This document shows positions 37,877-49,386 of a stretch of DNA of 60,307 nucleotides, one piece after another. The DNA lies in contig JBFLZG010000113.1 in the NCBI GenBank assembly GCA_040756235.1, positions 1-60,307 on the forward strand, in the 5' to 3' direction. Source of the DNA: a bacterium (GTDB lineage: Bacteria > Desulfobacterota > DSWW01). A program made the translations under genes and the position numbers. Each line of letters starts with the position of its first letter. Positions within the stretch are counted from its first letter, which is position 1. The notes below the pieces were generated by a model that saw only the letters and a list, made by a program, of their open reading frames with translations, searched no databases and was not told the origin of the DNA.

Positions 37877-38917
37877 ATGGAAGGTCGGCTGGCCGATCGG
37901 GCCCACAAGGTGCTGTGCGCGGTCGTTCGCGACTACATTCAGACGGCCTACCCTGTGGGTTCCCTGAGGATCTCGAAGAAGTATCGGTTGGAAATGAGCT
38001 CGGCAACCGTGAGGAACATCTTCGGTGACTTGGAGGAGCGGGGATTTCTCGGACAGCCGTACAGCTCCTCCGGGAGAGTGCCCACGGACCGGGCCTTTCG
38101 GTATTACGTGGATTGTTTCCTGGAGAGCCGCCCGCCGCGGCGCGCCGACAGAGACCTGATCCGGGAGAGGGTGCAGGGCGCGACCACGGACGTGGGAGAG
38201 ATCCTCCATCAGACGACGCGGGTGTTGTCGCAGCTCTCGCGGTACCCTTCGGTGGTGTCCGGACCCAGGTTGTTCCATCACCTCTTCAAGAGGATCGACC
38301 TGATCCGGCTCGACGGCTCGAGGATTCTCATGGTCCTGAGCTCGCAGGGAAGCACGGTCCACACGCGCATCATCGAAGAGGGGATCTCCCTCACCCAGAA
38401 AGACCTCAGCCGGCTCGCCGAGCAACTGAGCGCGCTGCTGAGGGGGCTCAGCCTGCGCGAGGCCAAGAACAAGGTTCTGGAAGAGCTGGAAGCGGAAAAG
38501 GATCAGGTGGACCGGATCCTTCAGCGGGTCTTCCACGGCGGCCGGAACGATCCCGAGGAACGCCTGGCCCAGATCTACATCGAGGGACAGAGCCAGATCC
38601 TGGCGTACCCGGAGTTCGCCGAGGACATGGAGAAGCTCAAAAACTTCTGGAACGCGCTGGAGGAGAAGAAGATCCTGCTTCAGCTCCTGGACAAGGCCAT
38701 GGAAGTGGAAGGCATCCAGGTTTACATCGGGGCCGAAAACGAGCTCGACAGCATGGCGGCATGCAGTTTCGTGGCCTCCAGTTATTGCAGGGACGGAGTG
38801 CCCCTGGGCACGATCGGCGTGATCGGCCCCAAGCGCATGGACTACTCGCGCGTCATCCCGCTGGTCGAATACACCGCCAGGCTCGTGGGCAGCAAGCTCC
38901 AGGAGATCGGGCCCTGA
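37877..38917 (+). CDS. hrcA: heat-inducible transcription repressor HrcA
   Basis: YIQTAYPVGS, SSATVRN, SSGRVPTDRAFRYYVD, IGAEN, GVIGPKRMDY. Confidence 0.95.
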   Translation: MEGRLADRAHKVLCAVVRDYIQTAYPVGSLRISKKYRLEMSSATVRNIFGDLEERGFLGQPYSSSGRVPTDRAFRYYVDCFLESRPPRRADRDLIRERVQGATTDVGEILHQTTRVLSQLSRYPSVVSGPRLFHHLFKRIDLIRLDGSRILMVLSSQGSTVHTRIIEEGISLTQKDLSRLAEQLSALLRGLSLREAKNKVLEELEAEKDQVDRILQRVFHGGRNDPEERLAQIYIEGQSQILAYPEFAEDMEKLKNFWNALEEKKILLQLLDKAMEVEGIQVYIGAENELDSMAACSFVASSYCRDGVPLGTIGVIGPKRMDYSRVIPLVEYTARLVGSKLQEIGP

Positions 38918-38966
38918 CGCGGCGGAGGCAGATTCGCGTCTGCCTCCGGTTCCATAGGAGACAGAA

Positions 38967-39716
38967 GTGGACGAAGGGAAAAAGAAAGACCACGAGGCCG
39001 AGGGACGGACAGCCGGGCCAGGGGAAGGCGTGTCCCCCGCGCCGGGCGCGGAGCCCGAGCCGGGAACGCCGCCCGGCGACCGCAGCCGGGAGGCGGCTTC
39101 AGAGCGCGTCGAGACCGAGGACGCCGGATCCGGCTCTGCCGGCGGGGGCGGCGATCCGGCCGCGCCCGAACAGAAGCTGCGCGCCGAGCTCGACGCGCGG
39201 ACGAGCGAACGAGACCAGTTGCAGGACCAGCTCCTTCGGCTCCGCGCGGACTTCGAGAATTTCCGGAAACGCGTGACCAAGGAGAAGGCCGATACCATCC
39301 AGTACGGAAACGAGGCACTCCTGAAGGACCTGCTGCCGGTCATCGACAACATCGAAAGAGTGCTGTCCTTCAGCTTGCGGGAACAAAACTGGAAGAGCCT
39401 GCAGGAGGGAATCGAGCTGGTGCTGGCGGACATGCGCAAAGCCCTGAAGCAGAGGGGTCTCGAGCCGATCGAGGCGAAGGGGAGCCTGTTCGACCCGAAC
39501 CTGCACGAGGCGGTGCAGACCGTGCCGTCGGCCGAGGCGGACCCCAACACGGTGCTCGAGGAATTCCAGAAAGGGTACCTCTTTCGGGGCCGCCTGCTCC
39601 GGCCTGCCATGGTAGTCGTGGCCGTCCCGCCCGCCGAGGAGAGCCGCGGAGGCGAGGCCGCGCCGGATGCGGCTGATCTCGAAGAGAGTTGCGAGCCGAG
39701 CGAACCGATCAACTGA
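38967..39716 (+). CDS. grpE: nucleotide exchange factor GrpE
   Basis: ADFENFRKR, LLPVIDNIER, FDPNLHEAV, QKGY...RLLRPAMVVV. Confidence 0.95.
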   Translation: MDEGKKKDHEAEGRTAGPGEGVSPAPGAEPEPGTPPGDRSREAASERVETEDAGSGSAGGGGDPAAPEQKLRAELDARTSERDQLQDQLLRLRADFENFRKRVTKEKADTIQYGNEALLKDLLPVIDNIERVLSFSLREQNWKSLQEGIELVLADMRKALKQRGLEPIEAKGSLFDPNLHEAVQTVPSAEADPNTVLEEFQKGYLFRGRLLRPAMVVVAVPPAEESRGGEAAPDAADLEESCEPSEPIN

Positions 39717-40795
39717 TGCCTTCCATGCAAGCCCGACAAAAAGACTACTACGGGATCCTGGGCATTCCCAAGGATGCCGACCTGGAGATGCTGAAGAGGG
39801 CCTATCGCAGGCTGGCCAAGAAGTTCCATCCCGATCACCGCCCCGAGGACGCCCTGGCGGAGGAGCGCTTCAAGGAAGTGCTGGAAGCCTACGAGGTGCT
39901 CAAGGATCCGCGCAAGAGGATCCGCTACGACGCGGCATTCTTCGGCGCCGGCCGGTCGAGCAACGGGGACGCCGCGTGGGGCGGCGAACAGCCGGCGTCC
40001 GAAGAGAGCGCGCGCCGGGGGGCCGATTTCGTCGGAGACGTCTTCGAGCACCTCAGGCGCAGGATGGAGAGCCGCGGAAGACGCGGCGGGGATCTTCGCT
40101 ACCACCTGTCTCTCTCGCTCGAGGAGGCGGCCCTGGGCCTGTCCAGGGTGATCCACGTGCCCAGGTGGAAGAGCTGTCCATCGTGCCTGGGGCGGGGCTG
40201 GGTGATCGAGGGCAATTCCCCGGTGTGCGGGATCTGCCGCGGCGAAGGCGAAGTCGCGGTGGGCATCGGGGGGGCGAAGGCCGTCCGGTCCTGCCCGGGC
40301 TGCGGCGGCAAGGGCATTCTCGAAAAGACCTCCTGCGGCCGCTGCAAAGGGAAAGGCTCGACTCTGTACCGCTTGCGCCGGAAAGTGACCATACCGCCCG
40401 GGGTGGACAACGGTACGCGGCTGAAGATCCGCGGCTATGGGGAGCAAGGCGAGAAGGGCGAGCACGGCGACCTCTACATCGTCATCCAGATCGAGGACCA
40501 TCCCATCTTCACGCGCCAGGGGCTGGACGTGTGGTGTGAGGTCCCCATCCACTTCACCCAGGCCGCTCTGGGTGCGCGGATCGAGGTCCCCACGCTCCAG
40601 GGAGTCGGCTCGCTCCAGATACCGGCCGGCACCCAGTCCGGGAGCGTGTTCCGCATGGAGGGCCGCGGCTTCCCCGGTCTGAACGGCTCCAGGGTGGGCG
40701 ATCAGAACATCCGCGTCACCGTGGAGGTCCCGCGCAGGGTTTCCAGGGAGGAACGGAAGATCCTGAGGGCCTGGCAACGGCTCCGCAAAGGATGA
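39716..40795 (+). CDS. dnaJ: DnaJ-family chaperone (J domain, four CxxCxGxG, C-terminal domain; no clear G/F region)
   Basis: KDYYGILG, HPD, four CxxCxGxG repeats, IPPGVDNG, GDLY, QAALG. TGATG overlap with grpE. Confidence 0.88.
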   Translation: MPSMQARQKDYYGILGIPKDADLEMLKRAYRRLAKKFHPDHRPEDALAEERFKEVLEAYEVLKDPRKRIRYDAAFFGAGRSSNGDAAWGGEQPASEESARRGADFVGDVFEHLRRRMESRGRRGGDLRYHLSLSLEEAALGLSRVIHVPRWKSCPSCLGRGWVIEGNSPVCGICRGEGEVAVGIGGAKAVRSCPGCGGKGILEKTSCGRCKGKGSTLYRLRRKVTIPPGVDNGTRLKIRGYGEQGEKGEHGDLYIVIQIEDHPIFTRQGLDVWCEVPIHFTQAALGARIEVPTLQGVGSLQIPAGTQSGSVFRMEGRGFPGLNGSRVGDQNIRVTVEVPRRVSREERKILRAWQRLRKG

Positions 40796-40872
40796 GCGGG
40801 TCGGCTCGGCCCGGGCCTGATTGCGCGCGACCGGCCGCACCTTTCTCGACATGACAGCACGAGGGACACGCT

Positions 40873-42855
40873 TTGCGTTCGCCAACGCTCAAGATGCTCT
40901 TCCTCCTCGTCCTGGCGGTGCTGGCGGCGGCCGGATGCCAGAAGCGCGTTGCGACCCTGCCCGGCGCCGAGGCCCGGACCGGCCCCGAGGCGTACCTGCG
41001 AGGCGCCGAGGAGGCCCTCGAGGCGCATGATCCTGCCGAGGCGATCGAGCTTTACGAAGGCTTTCTGCGGGCCTATCCCGGTCATGCCATGGCCGAGCAG
41101 GCCCAGCTCCAACTTTCTTCGCTCTATGTGGAGGGGCGGGATTACGCCAGGGCATTGCCGCTGCTGCGCGGATGGCTGGAACGGTATCCCGACAGCAGCC
41201 AGCGCTCCCGGGCGCAACTGTATCTGGGAGTCTGCCTGTTCTACCTGGACGAGCCGACCGAATCCCTGAACGTGCTCCACCCCCTCGCCGAAGACCCGGC
41301 CGCCGCACCCCTTCAGCCCCACGTGTTCGCGTACCTGGCAGAGGACTATCTCAAGCTCAAGCAGCTCCTGCCGGCCCTGAGCTGGTACACCCGGTACGAA
41401 GCCGCCGTCCAGGACGCCGGGCAGAAGAGGGCGGTCGAGCGCAAGCTGGTCGAAATTGCAGCCCAGGACTGGGACGCAGCCGTTTTGGAGCGGGCCCTGG
41501 TTCTCTACCCGGAAGGGTTCACGGCCGACGCCATCCGGTTCGGCATGGCGGTCTCCTTCCACGGCAGCGGACAAGCGCGCCTGGCTGAAGAGATCCTTCT
41601 CAAGATGTCTCCCCGGCACCTGGACGATGCCCTCACACCGCGCATCCAGGAGCTTCTCGGCCGCATGTACCACAGAGGCACCCCGCAGGGCTGCACGATC
41701 GGTTGTCTGCTGCCGTTGAGCGGCAAGTACGGGCGGTTCGGCGCCGGCGTTCTGGATGCCCTTCTGCTCGGCGCCCGCGCCTTCCGCGAGCCCGGCGAGC
41801 ACGGGCAGCCCATCCGCCTGCTCATCCGCGACACCCGGGGCGATCCGGCCGCCGCCGTGCAGCAGCTCAAGGCGCTGTGCGAGGACCCGGACCTGGTGGG
41901 AATCATCGGACCGCTGAAGGCGGACGAGGCGATCGCCTGCGCCCGGGAGGCTCAGGCTCTGGGGGTGCCGTTGATCGCCCTCACGCAAAAGGAGGAGGTT
42001 GCGAAAGCGGGCGACTTCGTATTTCAGAACGGCCTGACCATGCGCCAGCAGGTCGAGGAGCTGGTCGACTACGCCATGGAGGATCTCGGCGTTCTGAGGT
42101 TCGCCGTTCTATACCCGAATGATGGTTACGGCCGGCTCGCCAGGGACCGATTCCTGGCGAAGGTCTCGGCCATGGGCGGCGAGGTCGTGTCCTCCGTTCC
42201 GTACGGGGGGCAGGAAACCGACTTCCAGGACGAGATCCGAAAGCTGGTGGGGGAACGCTACTGGCAGGCGCTGCGCGACGGCCAGGCCCGAAAGGGGTTC
42301 AAGCCGACTCTGGAGGACGACGAGGATCGAGACGAGGCGGTGGCGCCGGAATCGTCGGGCGCGGCACCCGCCGGTGCGGCCGAGTTGCCCTTCCAGGCTC
42401 TTTTCATTCCCGACCAGTACCGCAAGGTGGCTCTGATCGCTCCTCATCTGGCCCTGTACGACATCAGCGGGATCCTCCTGCTGGGCACCAACGCCTGGAA
42501 TTCCCCGCACCTCGTGGAATCGGCGGGTGATTACGTGCGCGGCGCGGTGTTCGTCGACGGGTTCTTCGCCGGCAGCCCCATGCCTCTGGTGAAAGACTTC
42601 ATGCTGGAGTACCGCGGGTCCTGCGGACGGGACCCCGGGCTCCTGGAAGCCGAGGCTCTGGACAGCCTGTGGATGCTCGAAAGCGCCTTCGAGCGGGCTG
42701 CGTCCAAGACGCGGGCTCAGGTCCGGGTTGCCCTCAGCGTCATGGAGGCCTATCCGGGCTTGTCCGGATCCACCCGCTTCGACGCCGAGGGCTGCGCCGA
42801 AAAGCGGCTCTACCTGCTGTCCGTGATGGACGGCCACATCCAGCCCATCGAATAG
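40873..42855 (+). CDS. penicillin-binding protein activator LpoA-like TPR lipoprotein
   Basis: LAAAGC lipobox, TPR-like helices, IGCLLPLSG, IIGPL, FQALFIPD, LLGTNAW. Confidence 0.85.
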   Translation: MRSPTLKMLFLLVLAVLAAAGCQKRVATLPGAEARTGPEAYLRGAEEALEAHDPAEAIELYEGFLRAYPGHAMAEQAQLQLSSLYVEGRDYARALPLLRGWLERYPDSSQRSRAQLYLGVCLFYLDEPTESLNVLHPLAEDPAAAPLQPHVFAYLAEDYLKLKQLLPALSWYTRYEAAVQDAGQKRAVERKLVEIAAQDWDAAVLERALVLYPEGFTADAIRFGMAVSFHGSGQARLAEEILLKMSPRHLDDALTPRIQELLGRMYHRGTPQGCTIGCLLPLSGKYGRFGAGVLDALLLGARAFREPGEHGQPIRLLIRDTRGDPAAAVQQLKALCEDPDLVGIIGPLKADEAIACAREAQALGVPLIALTQKEEVAKAGDFVFQNGLTMRQQVEELVDYAMEDLGVLRFAVLYPNDGYGRLARDRFLAKVSAMGGEVVSSVPYGGQETDFQDEIRKLVGERYWQALRDGQARKGFKPTLEDDEDRDEAVAPESSGAAPAGAAELPFQALFIPDQYRKVALIAPHLALYDISGILLLGTNAWNSPHLVESAGDYVRGAVFVDGFFAGSPMPLVKDFMLEYRGSCGRDPGLLEAEALDSLWMLESAFERAASKTRAQVRVALSVMEAYPGLSGSTRFDAEGCAEKRLYLLSVMDGHIQPIE

Positions 42856-42977
42856 AGGCTGGCGATAAACGCCCATCTGCGGCGTTGCACTCATCCCTCG
42901 TCACTGCGGCGTACTGCCAGGTACGCCTCGTTCCTCGGGATTCGTGCGCCTTGTATCTGGGCATTTCTCCCCAGCCT
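42856..42977. mobile_element. MITE-like repeat, copy 3 (inverted, short form)
   Basis: AGGCTGGCGATAAACGCCCATCTGCGGCGTTGC...GTACGCCTCGTTCCTCGGGATT...CCTTGTATCTGGGCATTTCTCCCCAGCCT, immediately after the TAG stop. Confidence 0.8.
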
Positions 42978-43198
42978 CTGGCGTGGGGCGAAGGTTCCCT
43001 ACCCGAAACCCTCCCGTGAGAGTAAAGAATCCGCCGTCACGATCCGAATGAGTTAGGGAGACCGGAGGCGGACCCCTCCGGAGAGGGCCTCGACTGTTCG
43101 TTCGTCGACACAGCGAGAGGGACCCATTTCTCGATCTCTGCTCTGGCGAACGTGCCCGACAAAACACGCCCACTCATGCGGAACAGGATGGAACGAGC

Positions 43199-45580
43199 AT
43201 GCCCCCCGACATTTTGCCCCCGATCAGCGACATTCCCGACAGACTGCCCGTTCTGACGGTTCGGGACGCGGTGGTATTCCCCTACATGACGCTCCCCCTG
43301 CAGATCGGCCGGGAGATGTCCGTCCAGGCGGTGGAGCGGGCGCTGCACAGCGACCGGCTGGTGCTCCTGCTTGCCCAGAGGGCCGCCTCGGTGGAAGAAC
43401 CCGGGCCGGAGGACCTCTACCGCGTGGGCACCGTGGGCATGATCATGCGCATGATCCGGCAGACAGACGGCAAGATGAAGGTGCTGGTGCAGGGCCTGTG
43501 CAAGGCCAGGCTCAACGAGGTCCTCTCCAGCCACCCCTTCCTGCTCGGAAAGATCCAGTGCCTGCAGGAACAGACCTTCACGTCGATCCCGTTGGAGATC
43601 GAGGCCCTGATGCGCTCGATTCGCGTGGCGCTGGAAGACTTCCTGGGCGAAAAGAGCCTGCCGTCCGAAATCCTTCTGCTCACCGAAAGCATCAGCGACC
43701 CGGGCGTGCTGGCTGACCTGGTGGCGGCCAACCTCAATCTGAAGACTACGGAGGCGCAGCAGCTCCTGGAGTGCCTCGATCCGGCGCTCCGGTTGGAGAA
43801 GGTCGGCCAGTACCTGCAGCGAGAGATTCTCCTGACCCGCATGCAGGCCAAGATCCAGAGCCAGGCCAAGGAGGAGATCAGCAGGACCCAGAAGGAATAC
43901 TACCTGCGCGAGCAAGTGAAGGCCCTTCAGCGCGAGCTGGGGGAAGCGGACGAGAAAGGCGGCGAGGTCAAACGGCTGCACGAAAGAATCGAAGAGGCGG
44001 GGATGCCGCCTGAAGTGGAAAAGGAAGCCCGATCCCAGCTCAGCCGGATGGAATCGATGAGCTACGAGTCCACGGAGGCGTCGATGCTGAGGGCCTACCT
44101 GGACTGGCTCGTCGAGCTCCCCTGGAGCCGATCGACCGAGGACGTCCTGGACATTCCGGCGGTCCAGCGGGTGCTGGACCGGGATCACTTCGACCTGAGG
44201 GAGGTCAAGGAACGGATTCTCGAGTACCTGTCCGTGCGCAAGCTCAAGGAACGCATGCGCGGCCCGATCCTCTGCTTCGCCGGGCCCCCGGGCGTCGGCA
44301 AGACGTCGCTCGGGCGGTCGATCGCCAGCGCCATGGGCCGCCGCTTCGTCCGCATCTCCCTGGGCGGCGTGCATGACGAAGCCGAAATTCGCGGGCACAG
44401 GAGGACGTACGTAGGAGCGCTGCCGGGCCGGATCCTGCAGGGCATGAAGCAGGCGGGATCGAACAACCCGGTCTTCATGATCGACGAGGTGGACAAGATC
44501 GGCAACGACTTCCGGGGCGATCCGTCCGCGGCCCTGCTCGAGGTGCTGGATCCGGAGCAGAACCACGCTTTCAGCGACCACTACCTGAACCTGCCGTTCG
44601 ACCTGTCCAGGGTCATGTTCATCACCACGGCCAACCGCCTCGACCTCATCCCCTCGGCGCTGCGCGACCGGCTGGAGATCATCCGGCTGCCCGGGTACAC
44701 GGAAGAAGAGAAGATGCAGATCGCCGTGACCTATCTGGTGCCCCGGCAACTGGACGAGAACGGGCTCGGAGCCAGGGATCTGTCCCTCTCCCGGTCCGCC
44801 CTCAGAAGGATCATCTCCGAGTACACCCGTGAAGCGGGCCTGAGGAATCTGGAGAGGGAGATCGCCAGCCTGTGCCGCAAGGCAGCGCGCCGCAAGGCCG
44901 AAGGCGAGACCGGGCGCTTCCGAGTCACCACGGGCAACCTGCACTGCTATCTCGGCCCCGTTCGCAACCTGCTGGAAGAGGGAGAACAGCGGCCGCAGGT
45001 GGGACAGGCGGTGGGGCTCGCGTGGACGCAGGCGGGAGGCGAAGTCCTGCTGGTGGAGGCCTCGGTGGTCCGAGGCACGGGGGAGCTGATCCTCACCGGG
45101 CAGCTTGGCGACGTGATGAAGGAATCCGCGCGCACCGCTTTGAGCTACGCCAGGGCGACCCATCGGCGCTGGGGCATCCCGGGCGACTTCTACAAGAACC
45201 GGGACATCCACATCCACGTCCCGGCCGGATCCATCCCCAAGGACGGCCCGTCGGCCGGGGTTGCCATCGCAACCGCGCTGATCTCCGTCCTGACCGGCCG
45301 CGCCGTGCGGCACGACGCGGCCATGACCGGCGAGATCACCCTGCGGGGACGGGTCTTGCCCGTGGGAGGCATCAAGGAGAAGGTCCTGGGTGCACACCGG
45401 TTCAAAGTGAACGAGGTCTTCCTGCCGGCCCGCAACCGCAGCGATCTGTTCGAGATCCCCGCATCGGTGAGGAAGAACCTCAAGCTCACGCTCGTGCGCA
45501 CGGTGGACGACCTGCTCGATCGGGCGCTCTTGAAAGAGGAAGCCGATCCGACATATGATCTGCTCAAGGTAGCGCCCTAA
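43199..45580 (+). CDS. lon: ATP-dependent protease La
   Basis: GPPGVGKTS, RGHRRTYVGALPG, EVLDPEQN, KDGPSAG (catalytic Ser), GGIKEK. Confidence 0.97.
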   Translation: MPPDILPPISDIPDRLPVLTVRDAVVFPYMTLPLQIGREMSVQAVERALHSDRLVLLLAQRAASVEEPGPEDLYRVGTVGMIMRMIRQTDGKMKVLVQGLCKARLNEVLSSHPFLLGKIQCLQEQTFTSIPLEIEALMRSIRVALEDFLGEKSLPSEILLLTESISDPGVLADLVAANLNLKTTEAQQLLECLDPALRLEKVGQYLQREILLTRMQAKIQSQAKEEISRTQKEYYLREQVKALQRELGEADEKGGEVKRLHERIEEAGMPPEVEKEARSQLSRMESMSYESTEASMLRAYLDWLVELPWSRSTEDVLDIPAVQRVLDRDHFDLREVKERILEYLSVRKLKERMRGPILCFAGPPGVGKTSLGRSIASAMGRRFVRISLGGVHDEAEIRGHRRTYVGALPGRILQGMKQAGSNNPVFMIDEVDKIGNDFRGDPSAALLEVLDPEQNHAFSDHYLNLPFDLSRVMFITTANRLDLIPSALRDRLEIIRLPGYTEEEKMQIAVTYLVPRQLDENGLGARDLSLSRSALRRIISEYTREAGLRNLEREIASLCRKAARRKAEGETGRFRVTTGNLHCYLGPVRNLLEEGEQRPQVGQAVGLAWTQAGGEVLLVEASVVRGTGELILTGQLGDVMKESARTALSYARATHRRWGIPGDFYKNRDIHIHVPAGSIPKDGPSAGVAIATALISVLTGRAVRHDAAMTGEITLRGRVLPVGGIKEKVLGAHRFKVNEVFLPARNRSDLFEIPASVRKNLKLTLVRTVDDLLDRALLKEEADPTYDLLKVAP

Positions 45581-45582
45581 TG

Positions 45583-45740
45583 AGGCTGGCGATAAACGCC
45601 CATCTGCGGCGTTGCGCTCCTGGCGGAGAGAGGGCGTGGCAAGCCTGCCCCGGCGCAGGCCGGGGTCTCCTGTGACCCCCATGTACGCCTCATTCCTCGG
45701 GATTTCGCGCGCCTTGCATCTGGGCATTTCTCAACAGCCT
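45583..45740. mobile_element. MITE-like repeat, copy 4 (inverted, with inserted hairpin)
   Basis: First ~33 nt are identical to copy 3. Contains CCTGCCCCGGCGCAGGCCGGGG and ends GGGCATTTCTCAACAGCCT. Confidence 0.8.
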
Positions 45741-45829
45741 CTCAGGAGGGTGTTTTTGACGCCCTCTAATCGGGGGCCGCAGATCTCTCGAGAGCCGGAT
45801 GAACGCGTGGCTCCCATGGAACCGCAAGG

Positions 45830-47193
<1,364 letters not shown>

Positions 47194-47197
<4 letters not shown>

Positions 47198-48462
47198 CCG
47201 TGGGATGGTATCTCGGCTGGGTCCTTCTGCTGCTCGTCCTGGAGGGCTTCTTCTCAGGCTCCGAAGCGGCGGTGCTGGCGTCGGACAGGATCCAGATGCG
47301 GGCCGAGGCGGCCCGGGGCGGACGGGGTGCGAGCCGGGTGGAGAAGATGCTGAAGAGGCCCGAGCGGATCGTGGGGACGACCCTGATGGGCTCGCGTCTG
47401 ACCATGGCCGCCAACACGATCCTCGTCAGCTTCCTGATCGCCACCCGGGTGCCCAGCGACCTGGCCGCGTTCCTGGCCGTCGTCGCCTTGCTCCCCTTCA
47501 TTCTGTTCTGCGGAGAGGTCCTGCCCAGGACTCTCCTGCAGCGGAGGGCCGACTTTTTCGCTCCCCGGGTCGCGCCCTTTCTCTGGATCGCGTCGTGGTT
47601 CTTCTGGCCGCTGCTGTGGCTGTTCACGCGTCTGCCGGGCTCCCTCTCCAGACTGGCCCGCAAGAGCCTCCATCTCCCTCCGGGTCTGCTGCTCAAGCCC
47701 GTGGACCTGAAGCTCCTTCTCCGGACTCCCGCGGCCGGTACGGACATGTTGGCCGACGAGATCCGGATGGTGGACCGGCTCATCGATCTCTCCGGCAAGA
47801 CGGTGGAAGAGGTCATGATCCCGCTCGTCGAGGTGACGGCGATGGCGGAGACCGCCTCCTGGGAGCAGGCGGCACAGGTGATCGTGGAAAAGGGCTACTC
47901 GCGGCTTCCCGTCTTCCGGGAGCGGATCGTGCACATCGTCGGGGTGCTCAACCAATTCGACCTGCTGCTTTCCAAGGATCGGGCTGCGGGAATCGCGCGG
48001 CTCGTGCGGCCGGCCTTCTACGTACCGGAGACCAAGCAGGTCTATGAGCTGCTCCTGCAGATGCAGCGCACCGGGAGCAACATGGCCATCGCCGTGGACG
48101 AGTACGGCGGTGCCGTGGGGATCATCACGATCGAGGACATTCTCGAGGAGATCGTGGGCGAGATCGAGGACGAGTACGATCCGACCCGGTCCTTCTTCCT
48201 GAAGCTCGGCCCTGCCAGCTATCTTCTCGACGGCCGCATCGAGATCCAGTTCCTGAACGAGAAGCTCCCTCTCAGGCTGCCTGAAGGGGACTATGAGACC
48301 CTGGGGGGGTTCCTCACGACGCGTATGGGAAGGATCCCGAAGGAGAAGGAAACGCTGCGGCTCGGCGGCCTTTTGTTCACGATCGAGAAGGCCACCTACC
48401 GGGCCATCCGCCAGGTGCGCCTGGACGTGCAGGGACGGGAAAAGGGAAAAGGTGAAAGATAA
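47194..48462 (+). CDS. second CNNM/CorC CBS-domain membrane protein
   Basis: [41 protein letters not shown] overlap. Confidence 0.92.
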
Positions 48463-48523
48463 GAGTAATAGGGGTTCCTTCTGCCTTGTTCCTTGATCCC
48501 TTGCCCTTTCACAGGGGGGGCCA

Positions 48524-49273
48524 TTGGACAGAGTATCCCTGAAGAAGCTTCTCGAGGAGGTCGGGGCAGGCAGCCTTTCCGTTGCGGCGGCCATGGAGAA
48601 GCTCAAGACCTTTCCCTTTCAGGATCTCGGCTTCGCTAAGATCGACACCCATCGTCACCTGCGCAAGGGATTCCCGGAGGTCGTCCTGGCCCAGGACAAG
48701 ACAGCCCGGCAGGTCATCGAGATCATCCGGCAGGTGCGGCGGGCGGGCAACAACCTGCTCATCACGCGGGTCGAGGCCAAGAAGGCCGCAGCCGTTCTTC
48801 GTGCTCACCGTGACCTGCGCCACCATACCCTTTCACGGACCCTCTATCTCCACTTGAAGGAGATCGAAGATCGAGGGAAGGGCAAGATCCTGGTCATCAC
48901 GGCCGGAACCTCGGACATTCCGGTGGCGGAGGAGGCGGCGGTTACGGCCGAGGTGATGGGCAACGAAGTGGAGAGGATCTATGACGTGGGCGTCGCCGGA
49001 CTGCACCGTCTCCTCTCCCACCACGATCGGCTCATCGATGCCCGGGTGCTGGTCGTCGCCGCGGGCATGGAAGGCGCCCTGCCAAGCGTCGTGAGCGGGC
49101 TGGTGGAGCGACCGGTGATCGCGGTCCCGACGAGCGTCGGCTACGGTGCGAGCTTCGGCGGCGTGACGGCCCTGCTGGCCATGCTGAATTCCTGCGCTTC
49201 GGGCGTGACGGTGGTGAACATCGACAACGGTTTCGGCGCCGGCTATGCTGCCAGCCTGATGAATCGGCTGTGA
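48524..49273 (+). CDS. larB: nickel-pincer cofactor biosynthesis protein LarB
   Basis: FAKIDTHRHLRKGFPEV, AGTSDIPVAEEA, DVGVAGLHRL, AGMEGALPS, NSCASG, NIDNGFGA. Confidence 0.95.
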   Translation: MDRVSLKKLLEEVGAGSLSVAAAMEKLKTFPFQDLGFAKIDTHRHLRKGFPEVVLAQDKTARQVIEIIRQVRRAGNNLLITRVEAKKAAAVLRAHRDLRHHTLSRTLYLHLKEIEDRGKGKILVITAGTSDIPVAEEAAVTAEVMGNEVERIYDVGVAGLHRLLSHHDRLIDARVLVVAAGMEGALPSVVSGLVERPVIAVPTSVGYGASFGGVTALLAMLNSCASGVTVVNIDNGFGAGYAASLMNRL

Positions 49274-49386
49274 AGAGAGCTGTCAGGCATCAGGTGTCAG
49301 GTGTCAGCCCGTGCCGCCCCGCCTGCTCCGCTGGGACCTGGTGACTGAAAACCGATCATCGGCCAACGGATGACTGGAAACCGATC

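Noticed and set aside
37829..40885. 1018-aa minus-strand ORF and other long antisense ORFs (e.g. 43037-45727, 52876-54843, 11048-12649, 23441-25267)
   Set aside because: These are shadows of well-supported genes on the opposite strand in GC-rich DNA, with no recognisable motifs.
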